Source: an uncultured Moraxella sp. | GTDB taxonomy: Bacteria; Pseudomonadota; Gammaproteobacteria; Pseudomonadales; Moraxellaceae | Assembly: GCA_943908405.1 (NCBI GenBank) | Contig: CALTTE010000003.1 | Coordinates: 2,685 to 66,684 of the forward strand | DNA: 64,000 nucleotides | Direction of reading: 5' to 3' | Part shown: positions 40,766-50,097 of the stretch, one piece after another | Position numbering within the stretch: the first letter of the stretch is position 1 | Layout: every line of letters starts with the position of its first letter | Notes under the pieces: model-generated | The model's database searches: none | Told to the model about the DNA's origin: nothing | Seen by the model: the letters and a program-made list of their open reading frames with translations, nothing else | Program-made: the position numbers and the translations under genes

Positions 40766-43084
40766 TTAACCGCTCGTTCGTCTGGCGTGAATCACGCTGG
40801 GTTGTTGTTCTATTTTGGCAAGTAGGCGTGATAGGTGGTTAAGTCCTGCCACCTCAATGGCAAATTGCATTCTGGCAATGCCATCATCGCTATTGATAAG
40901 CTCAGCTCGGGCGATATTAACTTTTTCTTTGTCCAAAATAGCGGTCAAATCTCGCAACAAGCCACGGCGGTCATAAGCCTCTACTTGAATAGCAACAGGC
41001 TGATATCGCCCAAAATGGGCTTGCCAATAGGCTTTGATAGCACGCCTTGGTTGTTGGGCGATGAGTTTGTGGTATTCAGGGCAAGTGTCGTTATGAATGC
41101 TGACGCCATTGGCGGTGGTGATAAAGCCTGCAATCGCTTCACCGTGGACAGGGTTACAGCATTTGGCAAGGTGCATTTCTACATTGTCTAGCCCGTCTAG
41201 GTCAATTTTGTATTTATTGGGGCGTGGGGTGGTAGGCTTGATATAAAAAGGCTTGTCGCTAGTTTGGCTTAGGCGGTCTTGTATCATATGGGTAATTTGA
41301 TTAAGGCTAACCTCGCCCATCACTAATCCCAAATACAGCTCGTCATCGTTTTTAAGCTTTAATTGGTTAACCAGCTCGGCGGTCGGTACATCGCCAAGCG
41401 ATAACCGTTCAAATTCTTTGTGAATAATGGCTTTGCCTGTTTCAATGTTTTTGTTGCGGTCTTGTTTGTTAAACCATTGGCGTAATTTGCTTTTGGCACG
41501 GTTGGTGGTGATGTAGCCGAGCGAATCAATCAGCCAATCACGGTTGGGCTCTCGGCTGGCTTTGGTGATAATCTCTACTTGCTCGCCTGTTTTGGGTTGG
41601 TGGGTGAGTGGTACATAATGCCCATTGACCCTTGCACCTTGGGCTCGGTTACCTACCTCGGTGTGAACGTGATAAGCAAAATCCAGCACCGTTGCCCCTT
41701 TGGGCAATTCAATAATATCGCCATCACGACTAAATAAATAAAGGCGGTGGTCATTTTCTAGCTCTTCATCAGGCGTATCCCCTGCCAAAAGTTGCCGTAA
41801 AGAGCTGATTTTTTTATTCAGATAATCGTCTTTTTTATTTTTGCCCCCTTCTTTGTAATTGACGTGGGCACATACGCCAAGCTCAGCCTCAAAGTGCATC
41901 TCAAGGGTGCGAATTTGAATCTCCAGCGTGCGATTGCTGGCAAGTACCACGGTATGCAGCGATTTATAGCCGTTGGGCTTGGGGTTTGTTATGTAGTCAT
42001 CAAATTGCTCTGGGACGTGTCGCCATAGGCTGTGGGCGATGCCTAAGCTGTGATAACATTCGCTGTTACTAGCAACCAACACCCGCAAGGCACGAATGTC
42101 ATAAAGCTGATGAAACGATAGATTTTTGAGTTTCATCTTTTTCCAGATAGAATAAATATGCTTAACTCGTCCTGAAATTTCAGCGTGAATACCAGCGTCT
42201 GCCAAAGCGTTTTTTAGTGTTTCTTGGACGTTGATGATATAAGCTTCTCTTTCGCTGCGTTTTTCTGCCAATAATTTGGCAATACGTTTGTATTCCTCAG
42301 GTTCAAGGTAGCGAAAAGCCAAATCCTCAAGCTCCCATTTTAATTGGGCGATACCAAGCCGATGGGCAAGGGGGGCATAAATGGTCATAATCTCTCGTGC
42401 CACCCGTTTTTGCCGTGTTTCGCTGGCAAAATCTAGCTCACGCATCGCAAAGGTGCGTTCGGCAAGTTTAATCAGCACAGCTCTTACATCGTTGGTGGTG
42501 CTAATGAGCATACTGTAAATACTGGATAAGTGCTCACGGTCGTTATTGTTAAAATAATCCTCCAAGCGTTTATTTGCCTCAATGTTCTCCGACAACTGCC
42601 CCATCGCCAGCGTATCACTCACCAATTTACTGACATCATCGCCGAATTTATCGCTAATTTGGGATAGGCTAATTTGCTCACAGCGTACTAAGCGATATAG
42701 CATAGCGGCAGTTAAGGCGGTTTCGTCTTGAAATAGATAGCTTAAAATGTCTGCGATACCAATGCCTGTGGCATACGCACCAGAACGGGCTTGTTTGGTG
42801 TCTTGGCTGTATTGACGTGTTAATAGTACCGCTTGCTTTAATAAAGGGGTGTCGGTCTCGTCAATGCGTTTGGCGACATTGGTAAGCCACGCATCAACAT
42901 CAATGTTGCTCTCGTTGAGGTTTGGGTTTTCTGAGCGGTCATAGGCTGATTGTAATTTTTTTGTGCCAAGCTGGGCGTTAAAATCGGCATGCAGTTGCTG
43001 GGCAACCAAATTGGCGGCCATTGTGGCACTGTCTAATTGGGCATCGCCATCAATAAGGGGTAAGCTGTCTCTGATTTGTACCAT
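40766..43084 (-). CDS. relA: (p)ppGpp synthetase RelA (long RSH)
   Basis: YAPLAHRLGI, GRVKHIYSI, QFDDYI, GYKSLHT, EIQIRT, TGS (DFAYHVHT), CC and ACT (DRRGLLRD); no intact HD pair in the hydrolase domain. Confidence 0.92.
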   Translation of the reverse strand: MVQIRDSLPLIDGDAQLDSATMAANLVAQQLHADFNAQLGTKKLQSAYDRSENPNLNESNIDVDAWLTNVAKRIDETDTPLLKQAVLLTRQYSQDTKQARSGAYATGIGIADILSYLFQDETALTAAMLYRLVRCEQISLSQISDKFGDDVSKLVSDTLAMGQLSENIEANKRLEDYFNNNDREHLSSIYSMLISTTNDVRAVLIKLAERTFAMRELDFASETRQKRVAREIMTIYAPLAHRLGIAQLKWELEDLAFRYLEPEEYKRIAKLLAEKRSEREAYIINVQETLKNALADAGIHAEISGRVKHIYSIWKKMKLKNLSFHQLYDIRALRVLVASNSECYHSLGIAHSLWRHVPEQFDDYITNPKPNGYKSLHTVVLASNRTLEIQIRTLEMHFEAELGVCAHVNYKEGGKNKKDDYLNKKISSLRQLLAGDTPDEELENDHRLYLFSRDGDIIELPKGATVLDFAYHVHTEVGNRAQGARVNGHYVPLTHQPKTGEQVEIITKASREPNRDWLIDSLGYITTNRAKSKLRQWFNKQDRNKNIETGKAIIHKEFERLSLGDVPTAELVNQLKLKNDDELYLGLVMGEVSLNQITHMIQDRLSQTSDKPFYIKPTTPRPNKYKIDLDGLDNVEMHLAKCCNPVHGEAIAGFITTANGVSIHNDTCPEYHKLIAQQPRRAIKAYWQAHFGRYQPVAIQVEAYDRRGLLRDLTAILDKEKVNIARAELINSDDGIARMQFAIEVAGLNHLSRLLAKIEQQPSVIHARRTSG

Positions 43085-43520
43085 TGTTTGTCCTTAAAAT
43101 GCACCAAGCGATATAGCTTTGGTGGCGTGTTTTATGACTTTTTATTTTGATGTTATTGCGTTAGTTTAACCATTATGGCACGATACGTCAAATTTGCAAA
43201 TGAGCATTGTTAAAATTTTAGTTATTTTATCAAGTGGTTATTTTGCCAAACGGTTTTTTGCCAAACGGTTATTTTGTTAAGTGCATTAAGCAATCGTCTG
43301 GCGGCGTTAATGTATCAAAAAAGAATGTTAGCCAATTTAAGCGTATCAATTAAATTAAGCGTATCAATTAAAAACTGGCGTTAAGCCTATTAAAGATAAA
43401 ATGATTGATATTAATAATCCGCTTTGGGCTATTGGCTTTAAAGGTGAAATCAATCGGTTGATTGATGGTTTAACAATTTAGCGGATTATTAGCGGATTAA
43501 ATGGTTATTTGGTTCAAGCT

Positions 43521-43760
43521 GTGTTATAATCAGTTTTTCGCTCAATTGATGACATCGCCTGCGATTATAGCCTTTTTAGGCTTAAGATATTGTTTATTTA
43601 TTAAATGCTAATTTGTAAGTAGTTTTAATACGATGAATTGCCGCCGATGATTTTGTATTTGCCCAAAGCAAAAGCGACAACAAATTTGTATTAAAATGCC
43701 AAAGCCCTTGTTTTTTGGTTTGGTTCATCATTACAAATGGCTTTTAATAAAGAGATGATT
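43521..43760 (+). promoter_or_regulatory. Extended -10 promoter and long structured 5' leader of the DEAD-box helicase
   Basis: GTGTTATAAT at 43521-43530; stems 43599-43618/43731-43749 and 43623-43631/43688-43696. Confidence 0.55.
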
Positions 43761-45521
43761 ATGTCAATCCAATCCAATGTAAGTCAACCCAATGCCGTTT
43801 CAACTGGTTTTGGTGCCACTACCCCAAGCCCTACCGACCAGCAAGCCACAGACAACGCTTTGGTACTGGTGGATAATAATCAAACCACCTTTGCCGATTT
43901 AGGTTTAGCCAAACCAATCTTGGGAGCACTTCAAAGTGCTGGTTATGTTTATCCTACACCCATTCAAGCACAAGCCATTCCGCCATCAATGGCAGGGCAG
44001 GACTTGCTATTGTCTGCCCAGACAGGTTCTGGCAAAACAGCGGCATTTGTGTTGCCCATTCTTGACCGCTTAGCAAAATCTGCCAGTCAAGCAAAAACAA
44101 GCTCTATAAAACCAAGCCCCAAGGACGTATCAGCGGTGATTTTGACGCCCACGCGTGAGTTGGCACTGCAAGTACACGATAGCGTAAGGCGTTATGGTGA
44201 ACGTCTAAAAAATATCTTTAGCGTGGTATTGGTTGGCGGTGCTCCTTATGGTGGGCAGATTCGTGCCCTAAAAAAAGGCGTGCAAATCATTGTGGCGACA
44301 CCAGGGCGGTTTATTGACCATCTAAACGATGGCAGAATTGACCTTGATGACCTGCAAACACTGGTACTGGACGAAGCTGACCGTATGCTGGATATGGGCT
44401 TTAGTGATGCTATTAGTACCATTTTGACCGCCACGCCCAATGACCGCCAAACGATTATGTCATCGGCCACCTGGGACGGACAAGTGGGCAAGATTGCCGA
44501 GAGCTTTACCACCAATCCAAAACGTGTTGCCATCAAAGTAGAATCGGCACATATTGAAGAATCGGTTTACTTTTGTGATGATTTTCGTCATAAAAATGAT
44601 ATTTTGTATCAAGTACTCAATAATCCCAACATTGACCAAGCGGTTATTTTTGCATCCACCAAGATGAGTACTGAAAAACTTGCTAATGATTTGGTTGAGA
44701 AAGGTTACAAGGCTCGTTATTTGCACGGTGATTTACCACAAGGCAAACGCAATCGTATTGTTGCCGATGTCAAAGCAGGCAAATGCCAATTTTTGGTTGC
44801 CACCGATGTTGCCGCTCGTGGTATTGACATTGCCAGTATTAGTCACGTGGTGAATTATGATTTGCCCCGCCAAGCTGAAGATTATGTCCATCGCATTGGG
44901 CGTTGTGGGCGAGCAGGGCGGACAGGTACCGCCATCAATTTGTGTAGTGTGGACGACCGTAGCCAATTTTTTGCCATCAATCGTTATTTGGGGCGTGAGA
45001 TGACTGTTGATGTGTTGGCAGGCTTAGAACCCAAACGCAATTTTGATGAGCCAGAACGCCAAAAAAATAAACGCCAGCGTGGTCGTCGTGCAACAGGCAA
45101 CAAATCTTATAAAAAACCTTATGGGGCTAAAGATGGCAACAAAGAGCGTTTTGGTGGCGACCGTTTTAATAAAAACAGCGACCGCCAAGATAGACTTTAT
45201 CGTGCCAAAGCCAGTAGCGGTAAGGCTTATGGGGCAAATAATAAAGATGATGCTAAATTTAGCCATTCAAGCAAAAGTGATGGCAATTCAAGCAAAAGCG
45301 ATGGTAATGTTTACCAAGATAAAAAAAGCGAAAAATCGCCATCAACCAAGCCGTTTGGGCGTAATCAATCCAAAAAATGGGACGACACTCGCTCCAAAAG
45401 ATTTGATGCCAGTGCCAAAAAATCCCATTCAGAGCAAGGTTATGCTGACCGCAAACGCCAACATCGTAACGAAAAAGCCAGCACGTATCAACCCAATAAA
45501 AAACGTTTTGGCGATAAGTGA
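43761..45521 (+). CDS. DEAD-box RNA helicase with charged low-complexity C-terminal tail
   Basis: Q motif PTPIQ, AQTGSGKT, PTRELA, TPGR, DEAD, SAT, ARGID, HRIGRCGR; start could also be 43737 or 43755. Confidence 0.95.
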   Translation: MSIQSNVSQPNAVSTGFGATTPSPTDQQATDNALVLVDNNQTTFADLGLAKPILGALQSAGYVYPTPIQAQAIPPSMAGQDLLLSAQTGSGKTAAFVLPILDRLAKSASQAKTSSIKPSPKDVSAVILTPTRELALQVHDSVRRYGERLKNIFSVVLVGGAPYGGQIRALKKGVQIIVATPGRFIDHLNDGRIDLDDLQTLVLDEADRMLDMGFSDAISTILTATPNDRQTIMSSATWDGQVGKIAESFTTNPKRVAIKVESAHIEESVYFCDDFRHKNDILYQVLNNPNIDQAVIFASTKMSTEKLANDLVEKGYKARYLHGDLPQGKRNRIVADVKAGKCQFLVATDVAARGIDIASISHVVNYDLPRQAEDYVHRIGRCGRAGRTGTAINLCSVDDRSQFFAINRYLGREMTVDVLAGLEPKRNFDEPERQKNKRQRGRRATGNKSYKKPYGAKDGNKERFGGDRFNKNSDRQDRLYRAKASSGKAYGANNKDDAKFSHSSKSDGNSSKSDGNVYQDKKSEKSPSTKPFGRNQSKKWDDTRSKRFDASAKKSHSEQGYADRKRQHRNEKASTYQPNKKRFGDK

Positions 45522-45535
45522 TTAAAAACTATCAT

Positions 45536-45598
45536 AAAACCCCATCAGGGTTAAAAAGTCAAAAAAGCACCGTTTTTGTGCTTTTTTAATGGGGTTTT
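45536..45598 (+). terminator. Nested hairpin terminator after the helicase
   Basis: AAAACCCCAT...ATGGGGTTTT enclosing AAAAAAGCAC...GTGCTTTTTT. Confidence 0.7.
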
Positions 45599-45972
45599 GA
45601 TTGGGCGGAGGTGTTGGTTTGTTAGCATTAGGCTGGTTTTGGATAAAAGCTAGTTTTGGATAAAAGTTTGGGTGATGGTATTATGATTTTAGATGGCAAT
45701 CTTAACCAAATGGGTTGGCGAATGTTTAAAACAACAACTGTTTAAAACAACTATCTAAAGTTGTTGTATCCCAAAGCACCAATCCAAGGTTTTATCAATC
45801 CAAGGTTTTATCAATCTAAACCCATTAGTCAACCCCTTGGTTTTGGTGTAAGCTTAACCCTACAACCGCCAAAATTTTAACAACCACAGCTTTAAAGCAA
45901 CAACAATTAAAGCAATCACAATTAACAATCAAAACCTAAATGGTTTAAAGTAATGTTTTTGCAGGTGTGAAT

Positions 45973-46926
45973 TTATGCTTCATAATCAAACATCGCACTA
46001 ATAGACTCTTCATTATTGATACGTCTTAGGCTTTCTGCCAACATTGGGGCAATGGTAACTTGGCGAATTTTTGAGCAAGCCATTGCTGAGGTTGATAAAG
46101 GAATGGTGTCGGTTACAACAATTTCATCAAGGCTTGAGTGGGTGATATTATCAATGGCAGGCCCTGACAATACAGGGTGAGTAATATAACCGACCACTCG
46201 CCTTGCCCCTTTGTCTTTTAAGGCTTCGGCTGCCTTGCACAGCGTGCCAGCAGTATCGACAATATCATCAACAATCACGCAATCACGGTCTTTGACATCG
46301 CCGATAATGTGCATTACTTGCGATTCATTGGCTTTGGCACGGCGTTTGTCAATAATGGCAAGCTCCAAATCACCCAGCGATTTTGCCATTGCACGGGCAC
46401 GCACCACGCCACCCACATCAGGCGATACCACCATTAAATTATCATAATTTTTTTGCTTTAAATCGGCCAGCAACACAGGCGTGCCATAGATATTATCCAC
46501 AGGAATGTCAAAAAAACCTTGAATTTGGTCAGCGTGTAAATCCACCGTCATCATACGGTCAATACCGACAATGGACAGCATATCGGCAACCACTTTGGCG
46601 GAGATGGGTACCCGTGCTGAGCGACTACGGCGGTCTTGGCGTGCGTAACCAAAATAAGGAATAACAGCGGTAATACGAGCGGCACTAGAGCGTCTAAGGG
46701 CGTCTGCCATTACCATAATTTCCATCAAGTTGTCGTTGGTTGGGGCACAGGTGGGTTGTAAAATAAAGACGTCCTTGCCACGCACGTTTTCTTGAATTTC
46801 AACGGCAATCTCGCCATCAGAAAAGCGAGAAACATCGGCTTTGCCAAGGGGAATGCGTAGGTGTTCAGCGACTGTTTTGGTCAAGGTGGGGTGGGCGTTA
46901 CCGCCAAAAATTGCCAAATAAGACAT
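45973..46926 (-). CDS. prs: Ribose-phosphate pyrophosphokinase
   Basis: [44 protein letters not shown]. Confidence 0.98.
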   Translation of the reverse strand: MSYLAIFGGNAHPTLTKTVAEHLRIPLGKADVSRFSDGEIAVEIQENVRGKDVFILQPTCAPTNDNLMEIMVMADALRRSSAARITAVIPYFGYARQDRRSRSARVPISAKVVADMLSIVGIDRMMTVDLHADQIQGFFDIPVDNIYGTPVLLADLKQKNYDNLMVVSPDVGGVVRARAMAKSLGDLELAIIDKRRAKANESQVMHIIGDVKDRDCVIVDDIVDTAGTLCKAAEALKDKGARRVVGYITHPVLSGPAIDNITHSSLDEIVVTDTIPLSTSAMACSKIRQVTIAPMLAESLRRINNEESISAMFDYEA

Positions 46927-47512
46927 AATGCCATCTCAAAAAGTGAATAAAAATGCTATTGTAACATTTTTTGCAAACATTTGCTTATTAAAGCGATGTA
47001 AAAATAAGGTGATGTCAAGTTTTAGTCAAATTGACTTTGGCTGTTTTTTTGGCTTGTTTTAAAGTGGCTTTATTTTAAGTTTTTTTTGTTTTAAGTTTTT
47101 TGTTTTGAATGTTGCTTTGGGGTGCTTGGTTTTTTTAAAGGGTGCTTGGATTTTGTAAGCCAATGATTTTTGGGTGATGATAAGGGCGGTTTGTTCAATT
47201 ATTGACAAAAAGCATTATTTGAATAAAAAGGCAAAACCTAAATATTGGACAGTTAAGTAAAATATTATAAAAATAAGTAAAATATTAAAAAATAGTTAAT
47301 TGACTGGATTAAACTGCAAAAATAGCTAGAAAATAACTAGGATAAATAGCCCAGATAAAATGATTAAACGGATAACTAATAAGAAAAAATTAAGCAAGAA
47401 AAAAATGAAATCAGTTTTGCAAAACAATTAAAAATTCAAGCGTACACCAAAAACTTGAAAATGCACAAAAAGCGTATAAACATAAATAGAAAAAAGGCAG
47501 GAATAGAAAAAA

Positions 47513-47588
47513 TGGCAGGGGTAGCTGGACTCGAACCAACGAATGTCAGGATCAAAACCTGATGCCTTACCAACTTGGCGATACCCCT
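47513..47588 (-). tRNA. tRNA-Gln(TTG)
   Basis: 76-nt cloverleaf AGGGGTA...TCAGG-TTTTGAT-CCTGA...GTTGG-TTCGAGT-CCAGC-TACCCCT-G-CCA. Confidence 0.97.
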
Positions 47589-47626
47589 AGATTGGATTGT
47601 TTTGATTGGGCAAACCACCCAAGAGA

Positions 47627-47702
47627 TGGCAGGGGTAGCTGGACTCGAACCAACGAATGTCAGGATCAAAACCTGATGCCTTACCAACTTGGCGATACCC
47701 CT
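47627..47702 (-). tRNA. tRNA-Gln(TTG), identical second copy
   Basis: Sequence identical to 47513-47588; ispE-tRNA-Gln-prs arrangement. Confidence 0.97.
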
Positions 47703-47717
47703 ATCTCTAGGGCAATG

Positions 47718-47745
47718 ATTATAGCAAAAATTTTTAAAATTACAA
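47718..47745 (-). promoter_or_regulatory. sigma70 promoter of the tRNA-Gln pair
   Basis: TTGTAA-N16-TATAAT with a TG extension on the minus strand. Confidence 0.7.
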
Positions 47746-47771
47746 GTATTTTTTATTAATTTATTAAGATA

Positions 47772-48821
47772 TCATAAAATGCTGGCGATAATGCTAGGGC
47801 AGGGGGCGTTATTTTGCCAGTCGCTTAAGGTGTTTTTGGTTAGATTGTGCGAGCTGTTGTGAGTTTGATTGTTATTGGGTAGAGGATTGAGTGGGGGGCT
47901 GAGCGGAGGATTGGGTGGTGGTAAAAAATTGGGTAGGGGTAAAAAAACACAAGCCCCTGTACCTGTCAATCGTGGCGTGGTCTGGGTGATGATGCTTAGC
48001 TGTTTTAGGTAATCCAAGGCGGTTTTGATGGCAAAATTGGTGGTGGCAATCGCCTCAAAGGCATTGTAAAAGTTGGGGTGCAAGTTATCCAAAAAAAGGG
48101 TGCTGTCTAATTGCTTATAAATGGGCGTGTCTTTTTTTAATAAAGGGTGGCAAAAAAACTGGGCGGTGGCGTTGTGGCTTTGGGGGAATAGTAGCAAAAA
48201 CTGCCGTTTGGGCAGGGTGATGGGGCGTAGTTGTTCGCCAATGCCTGTGGCGATGGCGGCAGGGTGATTAAAGACAAAAAACGGCACATCTGCCCCAAGC
48301 TGAACCGCCAAATCAAGCAAGGTAGGTAAATCCAAATGTAACTGCCATAGCGTGTTGAGCGTAAGCAAGGTCGCTGCTGCGTTGGACGAGCCGCCACCCA
48401 GCCCTGCCCCTGTGGGAATGCGTTTGGTTAGGTCAATGCTGATGGGGTATGGGCTGCCAATGTGGTTGGTTTGGGCATAATGGTAAAGCAAATGGGCGGC
48501 TTTAACAATTAGATTGTCAAGCGGGTTATCGGTGAGTGTCTCTGCCCCTGTTAGGGTAATCGGTGTTTGGTGCTGTAAATGGTGGCTTGGCTTGGCTTGA
48601 TGACTGGGATAAAAGTGCAAGGTATCGCCAAAATCCAAACGACACAGCACGCTTTGGATATTGTGATAACCGTCTTTGCGTTTGCCTGTGATGTGCAAAA
48701 ATAAATTGAGCTTAGCAGGAGAAAACACTTTAAGCGAAGACACGCCAAGCGGACAAAAAGACTGTGCCGATGTTTTGGTTAAAATATTGGTATTGTGATG
48801 ATTTTGGGTTGTAAGTAGCAT
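47772..48821 (-). CDS. ispE: 4-diphosphocytidyl-2-C-methyl-D-erythritol kinase (start uncertain)
   Basis: SPAKLNLFLHITG, NLIVKAA, KRIPTGAGLGGGSSNAA, LGADVPFF, RLTGTGACVF. Confidence 0.93.
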   Translation of the reverse strand: MLLTTQNHHNTNILTKTSAQSFCPLGVSSLKVFSPAKLNLFLHITGKRKDGYHNIQSVLCRLDFGDTLHFYPSHQAKPSHHLQHQTPITLTGAETLTDNPLDNLIVKAAHLLYHYAQTNHIGSPYPISIDLTKRIPTGAGLGGGSSNAAATLLTLNTLWQLHLDLPTLLDLAVQLGADVPFFVFNHPAAIATGIGEQLRPITLPKRQFLLLFPQSHNATAQFFCHPLLKKDTPIYKQLDSTLFLDNLHPNFYNAFEAIATTNFAIKTALDYLKQLSIITQTTPRLTGTGACVFLPLPNFLPPPNPPLSPPLNPLPNNNQTHNSSHNLTKNTLSDWQNNAPCPSIIASIL

Positions 48822-49084
48822 TGGCAAATAACCGTTGGTTGGCTGATAGGGTTTAAGGGTCAAAATAATAATTGTGGTTATAAATGATGGTGTTTGTAAA
48901 CCATTGCAAAAAAATAAGCCAATAAATATTAAGCAAATAAATGGGGTGTGTATCAATGGATTTTATATAATGAATTTTAACATAATGGATTTAACATAGG
49001 GCTAATACAATCACCAATTACCAGTCTTTATCACAACGAGCCTTTGCCACGCAATCGCTATCAACCAATGCGCACCAATTATCT

Positions 49085-49172
49085 GTAAGCTTATTGCGAT
49101 CATAAGCTTATTGCGGGTGATAAAATTATTGTGGATCATAAGCTTGTTATGGGCAATAAGCTTATTATGGGA
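49085..49172. repeat. Five degenerate 17-18 bp units with a palindromic ATAAGCTTAT core
   Basis: GTAAGCTTATTGCGATC / ATAAGCTTATTGCGGGTG / ATAAAATTATTGTGGATC / ATAAGCTTGTTATGGGCA / ATAAGCTTATTATGGG. Confidence 0.8.
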
Positions 49173-49845
49173 TTTTGGTGGCATTGGATTGATTGATGGT
49201 CATTATCACTTTATGCCCATCTTGGTGCGTAAGCCTAAGCCGTGATGGCGTGGGTAAGTTATTGTATTCTAATTGTATGACCCAGTTGCCGTTTTGGCTT
49301 TGGGTGAGTTTTTGCCCATCAAAGAGACTGTTTTTGTCGCCTGGGGCGTTTTTGCCCAAAATCCAATAGGGTAGATGGCTGATGGGGGCTTGCCAGCCAG
49401 TGGTTTTTTGTAATAATAGTTCTGGGCTATTGGCACTCACTATACCAAATTCATCATTGCTTAAGGTGGCTTGTTTGCCGTCAAAGCGAATGGCGGTCGC
49501 CCCAAGCCCCAATGCCCCTGTTAAATCAATGGCAAATCTATCGGCTGTTTGCCCCCACGCATAAAAGGCACTGATGGCTTGTTTTTTGCCATTGTTCTGG
49601 GTTGTGATACCAATTTTGCCTGTGATGGCAAAACTGGGTAAAAATGGCTCGGTAATTGGGATTAAGGGGGGGAGGTTGTTATTTGGTATGGTATTGGGAG
49701 TTAAAGTTGTGGCTGGCAGACTTGGTGTCGTCTGAGCGGTAGGCTTTGGTGTGCTTTGGCAGGCACTGAGCAGGCAAGCACCGATCAAAACGCCAATAAA
49801 CGCAAATGGTTTTGGGGTTTTTAGGTTTATGGGGGTTGTCAACAT
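49165..49845 (-). CDS. lolB: Outer-membrane lipoprotein receptor LolB
   Basis: Lipobox LSAC; FAITGKIG, LTGALGLG, TGWQAPISHLPYWILG; hemA/TPR/lolB/ispE synteny. Confidence 0.9.
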   Translation of the reverse strand: MLTTPINLKTPKPFAFIGVLIGACLLSACQSTPKPTAQTTPSLPATTLTPNTIPNNNLPPLIPITEPFLPSFAITGKIGITTQNNGKKQAISAFYAWGQTADRFAIDLTGALGLGATAIRFDGKQATLSNDEFGIVSANSPELLLQKTTGWQAPISHLPYWILGKNAPGDKNSLFDGQKLTQSQNGNWVIQLEYNNLPTPSRLRLTHQDGHKVIMTINQSNATKIP

Positions 49846-50097
49846 AGCTTTAGTACCTTTGGGGGAAGATGATTATCAAGATTGAATAAAACAAATTAAA
49901 CCAAATAATTGTCAGTCAATCAAAAAAGCGGTTTGGGCGACAAACCAACCGATTAAGCCAAATTGATTTAATGCCCTGTTTGGGAGTGTTGATTATAAAT
50001 AATTGATTTGATGCAAGCAATCTATATGCAAGTCATATATATGCAAGTCATATATAAGTACAATCTACCATAAATATGCCATCAAATACAGCAATGA

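Noticed and set aside
46927..47512. Long spacer between tRNA-Gln and prs as a possible sRNA or hidden gene
   Set aside because: T-rich then A-rich low-complexity sequence with no convincing ORF, GGA-repeat pattern or specific structure.
47513..47702. Direct repeat as a CRISPR array or att-site duplication; A1-U72 first pair in tRNA-Gln
   Set aside because: Both copies are complete tRNAs with CCA in the usual ispE-prs context. From memory, A1-U72 also occurs in tRNA-Gln of related Pseudomonadales.
47436..47759. Short ORFs with an internally repeated peptide on both strands
   Set aside because: They are translations of the two identical tRNA-Gln genes.
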